From positions 7,233-71,232 of the forward strand of contig JACQEX010000072.1 in assembly GCA_016200345.1 (NCBI GenBank): a stretch of DNA of 64,000 bases, written 5' to 3'. Positions 56,640-64,000 of this stretch are shown one piece after another. The notes below the pieces were generated by a model, which saw only the letters and a list, made by a program, of their open reading frames with translations, was not told the origin of the DNA and made no database searches. Both the position numbers and the translations under genes were made by a program. Numbering within the stretch: the stretch's first letter is position 1; each line of letters starts with the position of its first letter. This stretch comes from Nitrospinota bacterium (GTDB lineage: Bacteria; Nitrospinota_A; UBA7883; JACRGQ01).

Positions 56640-57386
56640 ATGACGGCCCACGAAGAGGCGTTGGTCAAGAAGCACAACGAGATTCTTTCAATGGTCAGCC
56701 ACGACCTAAAGTCGCCGATGGTGGCGATCATCGGCGCGGCGCAGTTCATAGTCAACGACATGAAAAACAAGCCGCACGACCCCGTTTGGGCCGAGCTTCT
56801 CAACCGCGTGTCAAACGCCGGAAAGGGAATGCAAAAACTGATCGAGGACATCCTCTCGATGGCGAAACTGGAGGCCGGAAACGAAGTGGTTGAGACCGAC
56901 TGGATTCCCGACCTGGAGGACGAGATAAAAAGGGCGGTCCGGACGTTTGACTTCGAGGCGGACTCGAAAAAAATCGCCATGTCCGTCGAGACAAGCGGGG
57001 TAATTCCGCCGGTAAGGTGGGACATGAGGAGAATCCACTATCACGTCCTAAACAACCTGCTTTCCAACGCGCTGAAATTTACGCCTTCCGGCGGACGCGT
57101 CAATATTTCACTGTCCGAGGCGGACGGCAAGGTGGACATACGGGTTTCCGACACCGGGCGCGGCATACCCCCCGGCGAGCAAAAAAGAATTTTCAACCGG
57201 TTCGAGCGCGGCGTGACCGCCTCCGAAAGGGTGCAGGGTGGCTTTGGCCTCGGACTTTACAACGCCAATTTTTTCGTGAAAAAGCACGGCGGATGCATAA
57301 AGGTGGAAAGTTCCAACGAAACCGGCACGACGTTTTTGATAAAACTTCCGCTCGACGCCGCGACGGCGGAGCCAGCGGGCGTTTAG
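56640..57386 (+). CDS. cytoplasmic sensor histidine kinase (HisKA + HATPase_c only)
   Basis: H-box MVSHDLKSP. N box LSNALKFT, G boxes DTGRGI and GGFGLGL. No TM or sensor domain. Confidence 0.85.
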   Translation: MTAHEEALVKKHNEILSMVSHDLKSPMVAIIGAAQFIVNDMKNKPHDPVWAELLNRVSNAGKGMQKLIEDILSMAKLEAGNEVVETDWIPDLEDEIKRAVRTFDFEADSKKIAMSVETSGVIPPVRWDMRRIHYHVLNNLLSNALKFTPSGGRVNISLSEADGKVDIRVSDTGRGIPPGEQKRIFNRFERGVTASERVQGGFGLGLYNANFFVKKHGGCIKVESSNETGTTFLIKLPLDAATAEPAGV

Positions 57387-57525
57387 CCCGCCTCCGCGGC
57401 TTCCCCCGTGGCGCGGTTTTTTCGTTTTTTTAAGCGCAACCGAAGGGTTATACTACCCGCAGTATGGCAAATAATTGTGTCAATCCCCGTTTCGGCCCCG
57501 TGAAAACGGCGAAGGCAGGCGCTTA

Positions 57526-58398
57526 ATGCAGAGCATGACCGGCTTCGCAAGGGCCGAATCCGAAAACGGCGGCAAAAAATGCGTGGTGGAGACGCGCTCC
57601 GTCAACCACAGGTTTATGGAAATAAACCTTCGCATGCCGGCCAAGGATTTGGAGTTGGAGCGAAGGATAAAAAAACTCCTCGAGCAAAAAATCTCGCGCG
57701 GGTACGTCGAGGTGACCATAACGCTGGGCGATAATGGCAACGCGAAAAAAAAGCTCTCCCTGGACGAGGGTTTGGTTAAGCAGTTCCTCGCCGCCTCGGA
57801 AACCCTTGGAAAAAAGTTCGGCGTCGGCGGCTCGCCGGACATGTCCTCCATTCTCTCCCTAAAGGACATCTTTAAGTACGAGGAGGACGCCGCGACCATC
57901 GAGGACCGCTGGGCCGTCTTGAAACCGGTGCTGGAGTCCGCGTTTGCCGGGCTTGTCGTAATGCGGGAGTCCGAGGGGGCGGAGTTGAAGAAGGACGTTC
58001 ACGCCAGGTTGGAGGCGATTGAGAAAAGCGCGAAGGCGATTTTTGCGGCGCGAAAGGGGCAGGAGACGGAAATCGTCGAAAAGTACAGAAAAAAAATTGC
58101 CGAAATCGCCGGGGTCGAGGTCGAAAAAGAAAGGGCGTTGATAGAGGCGGCGGTGCTCGCGGAGAGATCCGACATTTCGGAGGAGTTGGTGAGGCTGGAC
58201 TGCCATCTGAAACAAATGCGCGAGCTTATGTCCTCCGGCGCGCCGGCGGGGAGAAAAATGGAGTTCATAACGCAGGAGATGAACCGCGAGGCGAACACCA
58301 TAGGCTCCAAAAGCGTGCTGTACGAGATAAGCAGGGAAGTGGTGGAGATAAAAAGCAACTTGGAAAAAATTCGCGAGCAGACCGCCAATGTCGAATAA
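57526..58398 (+). CDS. yicC: YicC-family stress-induced protein (DUF1732)
   Basis: MQSMTGFARAE...ETRSVNHRFMEINLRMP matches the YicC N-terminus. ATG 57526 chosen inside the longer track ORF. Confidence 0.85.
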   Translation: MQSMTGFARAESENGGKKCVVETRSVNHRFMEINLRMPAKDLELERRIKKLLEQKISRGYVEVTITLGDNGNAKKKLSLDEGLVKQFLAASETLGKKFGVGGSPDMSSILSLKDIFKYEEDAATIEDRWAVLKPVLESAFAGLVVMRESEGAELKKDVHARLEAIEKSAKAIFAARKGQETEIVEKYRKKIAEIAGVEVEKERALIEAAVLAERSDISEELVRLDCHLKQMRELMSSGAPAGRKMEFITQEMNREANTIGSKSVLYEISREVVEIKSNLEKIREQTANVE

Positions 58399-59053
58399 CG
58401 AGGGCGCGACGGATAAAAACCACGGCGCGGCCGGCGTGCTGTTCGTCATCTCCGCCCCGTCAGGCGCGGGGAAAACAACCCTTGCCGGCATGACAACGCA
58501 AAACGTGGGGGGAATCAAGCAGTCCGTTTCACACACAACCCGTCTTAAAAGGCCGGGGGAGACGGAGGGGAAATCTTATTTCTTCGTGGACAAGAAACGC
58601 TTCGAAACCATGATCAAGAAAAAAATGTTTGTGGAATGGGTTAGAGTTCACAACGAATATTACGGCACGTCGTACGAAACCGTAGACAACATCATCAAGG
58701 GCGGAAGCGACCTTCTTCTTGTGATTAACGTGGAGGGGGCCTTGGCGTTGCGGAGGCGTTTTAAGGAGACGGCGTTGATATTCATCATTCCGCCGACGAT
58801 GGCGCATCTGGAGGAGAGGCTCGGAAGGCGCGGGACGGAGGTGGTCGAATCCATAAGGCAAAGGATAATCGAGGCAAAGAGGGAGATGGCCGCCAGCGTA
58901 AAGTTCGACTATCTGGTCGTGAACGACAAAATAGAGGTCGCCGCGAGGGAGATTGAGGGCATAGTGCGCGCCGAAAGATGCAAAACATGGAGGAGGGTTA
59001 AAAACTTTCCGGAATTTTTCAAGAAACGAACGGGGAAGGGGCGAAAAAAATGA
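58388..59053 (+). CDS. gmk: guanylate kinase
   Basis: P-loop ISAPSGAGKTT. GMP-binding and lid motifs. Confidence 0.9.
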   Translation: MSNNEGATDKNHGAAGVLFVISAPSGAGKTTLAGMTTQNVGGIKQSVSHTTRLKRPGETEGKSYFFVDKKRFETMIKKKMFVEWVRVHNEYYGTSYETVDNIIKGGSDLLLVINVEGALALRRRFKETALIFIIPPTMAHLEERLGRRGTEVVESIRQRIIEAKREMAASVKFDYLVVNDKIEVAAREIEGIVRAERCKTWRRVKNFPEFFKKRTGKGRKK

Positions 59054-59910
59054 GCGCAAAAATTATCGACGGAAAGGCGACCGCGCAGGAGCTAAAAAAC
59101 GAAATTAAGATTGAGGTGGACAAAATAACCTCCGGCGGAAGCAGGCCCCCCGCGCTTGCCGTGGTGCTGGTCGGCAAAGACCCCGCCTCGCAGATATACG
59201 TGAACAACAAGCGCAAGGCGTGCCATGCGCTCGGCATCAAGTCCGTCGAGCACCTCTTGGACGCCGCCACAAGCGAAAAAAACCTTATGGAGCTCGTCAC
59301 CGCGCTGAACAACGACAACGACATAGACGGGATACTCGTCCAGCTCCCCCTTCCGAAACATATCCACGAGCCGCACATCCTGGAGCACATCAACCCGCTG
59401 AAGGACGTGGACGGGTTCCACCCGGTGAACGTGGGGCGGCTCGTCGCGAATTCGACGGGGCTTCGCCCGTGCACCCCCGCCGGAATACTGGAGATGTTAA
59501 AACGCTCCGGACAGGAGTTGTCCGGTAAAAAAGTGGTTGTGCTCGGCAGAAGCAACATCGTCGGCAAGCCGACCGCCACGCTTTTACTGCACGAAAGTTG
59601 CACCGTGACTATTTGTCACTCGAAGACGCGCCACTTAAACGACATCACGAGCAGGGCGGACATCATCATAGCCGCCATCGGAAAGCCGGAGTTCGTAACC
59701 GCCGAGATGGTGAAGCCGGGCGCGGTGGTCATAGACGTCGGCGTTAACCGCACGGCGAAGGGAGTGGTCGGCGACGTGGATTTCGAGGGGGTCAAAAAAG
59801 TGGCGGGTTTTATTTCGCCCGTTCCCGGCGGCGTCGGCCCGATGACGATTGCGATGTTGATGTACAACACGCTCAAGGCCTACAAGGGCCTCTCCCCCTC
59901 GGGTCACTAA
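59050..59910 (+). CDS. folD: bifunctional methylenetetrahydrofolate dehydrogenase/methenyl-THF cyclohydrolase
   Basis: MSAKIIDGKA...; conserved YVNNKRKAC and GRSNIVGKP motifs. Confidence 0.93.
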   Translation: MSAKIIDGKATAQELKNEIKIEVDKITSGGSRPPALAVVLVGKDPASQIYVNNKRKACHALGIKSVEHLLDAATSEKNLMELVTALNNDNDIDGILVQLPLPKHIHEPHILEHINPLKDVDGFHPVNVGRLVANSTGLRPCTPAGILEMLKRSGQELSGKKVVVLGRSNIVGKPTATLLLHESCTVTICHSKTRHLNDITSRADIIIAAIGKPEFVTAEMVKPGAVVIDVGVNRTAKGVVGDVDFEGVKKVAGFISPVPGGVGPMTIAMLMYNTLKAYKGLSPSGH

Positions 59911-59927
59911 AGGTTTGACTAGTCGGC

Positions 59928-60179
59928 ATGAAGAAAAGCGTGCTTGAGTTCATTTTATCCGGGCTTTCGGACAACAACATACGGTTTCTTGACTTAAGGA
60001 AAGTCATTGTTGATTTCGGTTTTAATGAAAGAATCAAGGGTAGCCATCATATTTTTTTCAAATCCGGGATAGAGGAAATAATTAACTTGCAACCCTTGGG
60101 CAACGGAAAGGCGAAACCTTACCAGGTAAAGCAAGTCCGCGGTATAATCATGAAGTACAAGCTACATCAGGAGGATTAA
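59928..60179 (+). CDS. hicA: HicA-family toxin (second copy)
   Basis: ..IKGSHHIFFKSG.. is the HicA/YcfA signature. 83 aa. Confidence 0.75.
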   Translation: MKKSVLEFILSGLSDNNIRFLDLRKVIVDFGFNERIKGSHHIFFKSGIEEIINLQPLGNGKAKPYQVKQVRGIIMKYKLHQED

Positions 60180-60388
60180 TGTACAAATATGAAGTGATAA
60201 TTTATTGGAGCGAGGAAGACTCGGCTTTTCTGGCCGAGGTGCCTGAATTGCCGGGATGCATGGCGGACGGGCCGACGCAGGAAGAGGCGTTGCGCAATTC
60301 CCAAACGGTAATTGCGGAATGGATTAAAACCGCCAAAGCCATTAAGCGTCCCGTTCCAAAACCCAAGGGCAAGCTTCAATACGCATAG
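60179..60388 (+). CDS. hicB: HicB-family antitoxin (UPF0150, short form)
   Basis: MYKYEVIIYWSEEDSAFLAEVPELPGCMADGPTQEEALRNSQTVIAEWI matches the HicB N-terminal fold. Its ATG overlaps the hicA stop (TAATG), with an AGGAGG SD. Confidence 0.8.
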   Translation: MYKYEVIIYWSEEDSAFLAEVPELPGCMADGPTQEEALRNSQTVIAEWIKTAKAIKRPVPKPKGKLQYA

Positions 60389-60543
60389 AAGATATCCGCC
60401 GTCACGCCATCGCCCAAGCATCCCTTATTAGCATGATGTCTTAAATGCCATAAAGTTTTTCAGGGGGTGTGGGTACATTTTTTCGTGTATCATGACCTTT
60501 GTCATTTGAACGCGCGGCTATTGCCGTTATTTTAGGGGTAACA

Positions 60544-61290
60544 ATGCTTGAAATAAAAGATTTGCGCGCCGGGCTGGTCGAGGGCACGGAGATATTAAGG
60601 GGTATTTCCCTCACGGTTAAAAAAGGGGAGATACACTCCATAATGGGGCCGAACGGCCACGGGAAAAGCACGCTCTCGAAAATCCTCATCGGCCATCCGG
60701 CCTACAAGGTCTTCTCCGGCTCCGTGCTCTGGAACGGAAAAGACCTGCTGGCCCTTTCGCCGGAGGAGCGCGCCTTGGAGGGGTTATTTTTGGCCTACCA
60801 ATACCCGGTGGAAATTCCCGGCGTGAATAACGCCGAGTTTCTTCGCATGGCCTACAACGCTAAGCTAAAAAAACAGGGGAAGGAAACGGTCGACCCGCTC
60901 GACTTCGAGGACATCCTGACGGCGAAGATGGAACTGCTCGGCATGGACCAAAAATTCCGCGAGCGAGCCGTCAACGAGGGATTCTCCGGCGGCGAGAAAA
61001 AGAAAAACGAAATCCTGCAGATGGCGGTGCTGGAGCCACAGCTTGCCGTGTTGGACGAGATTGACTCCGGTCTGGACATAGACGCACTTAGAATCGTGGC
61101 GGACGGCGTGAACAAACTCTCGAACTCCGAAAACGCGGTGCTGGCAATCACGCACTACCCGCGCCTGCTCCAATACATCAAACCGAGGTTCGTCCATGTT
61201 TTGTTCAACGGCGCGATAGTACGCTCCGGCGGTTACGAGCTTGCCGAGGAGTTGGAGGAAACCGGCTACGACTCCTACCTGAAGAAATAG
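60544..61290 (+). CDS. sufC: Fe-S cluster assembly ATPase SufC
   Basis: Walker A GPNGHGKST. ABC signature FSGGEKKKNEI. Walker B LAVLDEIDSGLD. Confidence 0.93.
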   Translation: MLEIKDLRAGLVEGTEILRGISLTVKKGEIHSIMGPNGHGKSTLSKILIGHPAYKVFSGSVLWNGKDLLALSPEERALEGLFLAYQYPVEIPGVNNAEFLRMAYNAKLKKQGKETVDPLDFEDILTAKMELLGMDQKFRERAVNEGFSGGEKKKNEILQMAVLEPQLAVLDEIDSGLDIDALRIVADGVNKLSNSENAVLAITHYPRLLQYIKPRFVHVLFNGAIVRSGGYELAEELEETGYDSYLKK

Positions 61291-61294
61291 CCCG

Positions 61295-62581
61295 ATGAGC
61301 CCGCAACCAGGATCCCCGGAATCAGCGTTTTTGGAGGGTTACGACGCCTTCAAGCACGAGGGGCGGTTCCGCCACATCAACGAAACCGGGGCCGCGCGTT
61401 TCGGCGCCCTGGGCTTTCCTGCAAAAAAACACGAGATGTTCACATTCGTGAACCTGCGCGAGTTTTTGGCGGAAAAATTCGAGCACGTGGAGGGGCCGGA
61501 AAAAATGCCCTCCAAGGATGAGATAAAACCGTTCGTATACGCCGGTTGTGAAAACTCCCTGGTCGTTTTGGTGGACGGGCGTTTTTCCGCGGCGCTATCG
61601 GACATGACCGCGCACGACGGAAACGCGTCGGCCACGGAGCTTGACGAAGGAAACCCCGCCTTGGACGTCCATGCGGAAAACGACGTTTTTGCCAGCATTA
61701 ACGCGCTTTTCCTAACAGGCGGTGTTAAAATAGAGGTGACAAATGAAGGGGCGCAAATCGGCGTCCCCATTCAGGTATTGCACATATCGACGGCGCAGGC
61801 GCGAAGCGCCGGAAAGGTTCCGGCCTATTCGCCGCGAATCGTTGTTAACTTACCCGGGGACGCCAAGGCCCGAATCGCGGTCAAGTATTGCGGTTTGGGA
61901 AAGGCGTATTTTGTGAACACCGTCACCGACCTTGTTTTGGGCGAGGGGGCGGAGTTGGACGTTTCGTCGGTTCAGGGTGACCCTGCGTCAGCCTGGCATT
62001 TTTCAAAAACCACCGCGAGGCAGAAAAAAAACAGCAGGCTCGGAATCGTCGGCGCCACAACCGGCGGGAGGCTTGTGCGGCACAACTTCGACCTCAGGCT
62101 GGAGGGCGAGGGCGCCGCGCTGTCGCTTTTGTCGCTTGCCATTCTCGACGGGGCCGAGCAGTCGCACAACTACGTTCGCGTCACGCACGACGCGCCGGGT
62201 TGCAAAAGCTTCGAGCATTACAAAAACATTTTACGCGGCAGGTCGGTCTCCAGCGTGGACACCACGGTCACGGTGAACGCCGGGGCGCAACTCGCCGTGT
62301 CCGAGCAGTTGGTGAACAACCTTATGTTCTCGTCGACGGCGCGGGCCGACACGAAGCCGCGCCTTATGATTCGCGCGGACGACGTTAAGTGCAAACACGG
62401 GGCAACAGTCGGCAGGATTGACGAGGCGCAGATTTTTTACCTGGTCAGCCGCGGGCTGTCGGAAAAGGCGGCGAAGGCGCTCATCATATCGGGTTTCGCG
62501 AAGGGCGTTTTAAACGCCATGCCGAACGGGCCGATATCCGCCGACGCGGAGAGCCTGCTTCTAAACAAACTTGGAGAGTAA
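61295..62581 (+). CDS. sufD: Fe-S cluster assembly protein SufD (SufB/SufD family)
   Basis: C-terminal right-handed beta-helix region conserved in SufB/D. No SufB-type N-terminal Cys motifs. Confidence 0.8.
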   Translation: MSPQPGSPESAFLEGYDAFKHEGRFRHINETGAARFGALGFPAKKHEMFTFVNLREFLAEKFEHVEGPEKMPSKDEIKPFVYAGCENSLVVLVDGRFSAALSDMTAHDGNASATELDEGNPALDVHAENDVFASINALFLTGGVKIEVTNEGAQIGVPIQVLHISTAQARSAGKVPAYSPRIVVNLPGDAKARIAVKYCGLGKAYFVNTVTDLVLGEGAELDVSSVQGDPASAWHFSKTTARQKKNSRLGIVGATTGGRLVRHNFDLRLEGEGAALSLLSLAILDGAEQSHNYVRVTHDAPGCKSFEHYKNILRGRSVSSVDTTVTVNAGAQLAVSEQLVNNLMFSSTARADTKPRLMIRADDVKCKHGATVGRIDEAQIFYLVSRGLSEKAAKALIISGFAKGVLNAMPNGPISADAESLLLNKLGE

Positions 62582-62585
62582 GAAA

Positions 62586-63827
62586 GTGGAAAAGATAAAA
62601 ACCAATCCGGCCCCGTTCGACGTGGACGCGGTAAGGCGCGATTTCCCCATGCTGGCGACAGAACTCGACGGCAAACCTCTGGTGTATCTGGACAACGCGG
62701 CCACCACGCACAAGCCGAGGGCGGTGATTGACAGAATCGTAAAATTCGAGTCCGAACAGTACGCCCCCGTCCGGCGCGGCTCCTACAGGCTGGGCGAGGC
62801 GGCCACGGAGATGTTCGAGGACGTCCGCAAAAAGGTCGCCGCGTTCATCAACGCCGGCGACCACAGGCAGATCGTGTTCACAAGCGGGGCGACGCAGTCC
62901 ATAAACTTGGTCGCGCACAGTTTTGGCAAACGCCTCTTGGCGGGGGACGAGATAATAATTTCCAACATGGAGCACCACGCCAACACCGTTCCGTGGCAGA
63001 TGCTAAGGGACGAAAAAGGGTGCGTGCTGAGGGTGATACCGGTCAACGACGACGGCACGCTTTCGATGGAGGGATACGCGAAGCTTCTAGGCCCAAAGAC
63101 AAAACTCGTGGCAATTACGCAGGCCTCCAACGTGCTCGGCACGGTGAACCCGATTAAGGAAATCGTCAAAATGGCCCGCTCCGTCGGCGCAAAGGTTTTG
63201 GTGGACGGCGCGCAGAGCGTTCCGCACATGAGGATTGACGTGAGGGAGATGGACTGCGATTTCCTCGCCTTCTCCGGACACAAGATTTACGCGCCGAACG
63301 GCGTCGGGGTTCTGTTTGGCAAATACGACGTTTTGGAGTCCATGCCGCCGTACGTTACGGGCGGGGACATGATAAACACCGTTACATTGGAGCGCGCCAC
63401 GTTTGCAAAGCCCCCCGGACGGTTCGAGGCGGGAACGCCCGCCGCGTCGCAGGTGATTGGTCTTGGCGCCGCGCTGGAATACGTCAACGGGCTGGGGATG
63501 GAAAAAATCGCGGCCCACGAGCAGTCGCTGTTGGAATACGGCACGCGGGTTTTGTCCGGCGTGAAGGGGCTTAGGATTATCGGCAACGCCCCGCACAAGG
63601 CGGCGATAATCTCCTTTTGGCTGGAGGCCGCCCATCCGCACGACGTGATAACGATAATCGACCAAGACAACGTGGCGGTGCGCGGCGGGCACCACTGCGC
63701 CCAGCCGGTGATGGACCGGTTCAAAGTCCCCGCCACCACCCGCGCCTCCTTCTCCTTTTACAACAAGTACGAGGAGATAGACGCGCTGGCGGAGAACCTG
63801 CAAAAAGTGATAAAGGTTTTCGGCTGA
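62586..63827 (+). CDS. sufS: cysteine desulfurase SufS (class V aminotransferase, group II)
   Basis: ...FDVDAVRRDFPML...NAATTHKP.. PLP-lysine region FSGHKIYAPNGVG, catalytic-Cys region RGGHHCAQP. GTG 62586 preceded by GGAGAG SD. Confidence 0.9.
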   Translation: MEKIKTNPAPFDVDAVRRDFPMLATELDGKPLVYLDNAATTHKPRAVIDRIVKFESEQYAPVRRGSYRLGEAATEMFEDVRKKVAAFINAGDHRQIVFTSGATQSINLVAHSFGKRLLAGDEIIISNMEHHANTVPWQMLRDEKGCVLRVIPVNDDGTLSMEGYAKLLGPKTKLVAITQASNVLGTVNPIKEIVKMARSVGAKVLVDGAQSVPHMRIDVREMDCDFLAFSGHKIYAPNGVGVLFGKYDVLESMPPYVTGGDMINTVTLERATFAKPPGRFEAGTPAASQVIGLGAALEYVNGLGMEKIAAHEQSLLEYGTRVLSGVKGLRIIGNAPHKAAIISFWLEAAHPHDVITIIDQDNVAVRGGHHCAQPVMDRFKVPATTRASFSFYNKYEEIDALAENLQKVIKVFG

Positions 63828-64000
63828 TGTCGTACCAAAGCGACCTTTACCAGCAGGTGATTTTGGACCACAACAAAAACCCGAAGAACTTTCGGGAGAT
63901 TGCCGAGCACTCCCACTCGTGCGACGGATACAACCCGCTCTGCGGAGACAAGATAAAAATTTGGATGAACATAAGCCCGGCAGGAGCTGTGGAGGACGTG
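63827..64000 (+). CDS. sufU: SufU/IscU-like Fe-S scaffold/sulfur acceptor (5' partial, runs off window)
   Basis: MSYQSDLYQQVILDHNKNPKNFREI...NPLCGD is the SufU N-terminus with the first conserved Cys-Gly-Asp. Confidence 0.8.
   Translation, partial: MSYQSDLYQQVILDHNKNPKNFREIAEHSHSCDGYNPLCGDKIKIWMNISPAGAVEDV

Noticed and set aside
1-64000. Search for tRNA, rRNA, CRISPR repeats, IS elements/transposases/integrases
   Set aside because: No cloverleaf-compatible GTTCGAATC-type T-arms, no rRNA-like segments, no regularly spaced direct repeats outside coding sequence, and no transposase- or integrase-like ORFs were seen.

Overview
This 64 kb window is a chromosomal segment of about 58-60% GC from a Gram-negative, probably anaerobic bacterium. 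The Gram-negative call rests on LpxD, LpxK and an outer-membrane beta-barrel ending in Phe. Lineage cannot be fixed from sequence alone; the gene content (Ahb heme pathway, RNase Y, FliW-CsrA, very large multiheme cytochromes) would fit a Desulfobacterota- or Nitrospirota-like organism.

Most of the window is housekeeping. The recognisable blocks are flgL-csrA-fliW, lpxD, a complete glycine-cleavage operon (gcvT-gcvH-gcvPA-gcvPB), ychF, lpxK, pyrE/hisG, tsaC, thrS, rny-ymdB, metH, dnaK, gmk, folD and sufCDSU. It also encodes siroheme-dependent alternative heme biosynthesis: an ahbA/ahbB pair at 3.6-4.6 kb and two NirJ-like radical SAM/SPASM genes at 30.4-32.9 kb.

The accessory content is more interesting.
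- A three-gene porin-cytochrome cluster at 43.5-48.6 kb: a lipoprotein 8-9-heme cytochrome, a ~958 aa cytochrome with ~36 heme sites built from four tandem 246 bp repeats and carrying CX4CH motifs, and a porin-like outer-membrane barrel.
- A convergent minus-strand operon at 48.8-52.2 kb that looks like a split NOX-like transmembrane electron module (di-heme membrane protein, 4Fe-4S/FAD oxidoreductase) plus an unknown 360 aa protein.
- Together these look like an undescribed extracellular-electron-transfer conduit. A paralogous orphan lipoprotein cytochrome lies at 53.6 kb next to AT-rich DNA.
- Toxin-antitoxin modules: MntA with a HepT interrupted by an in-frame amber codon, a HicA-HicB pair followed by a small membrane protein, and a second HicAB wedged between folD and sufC.
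- A split sensor histidine kinase, and a cNMP/HDOD, REC-HPt, REC-MBL signalling cluster.

No rRNA, tRNA, CRISPR array or transposase was detected. Many antisense shadow ORFs in the supplied track were discarded.
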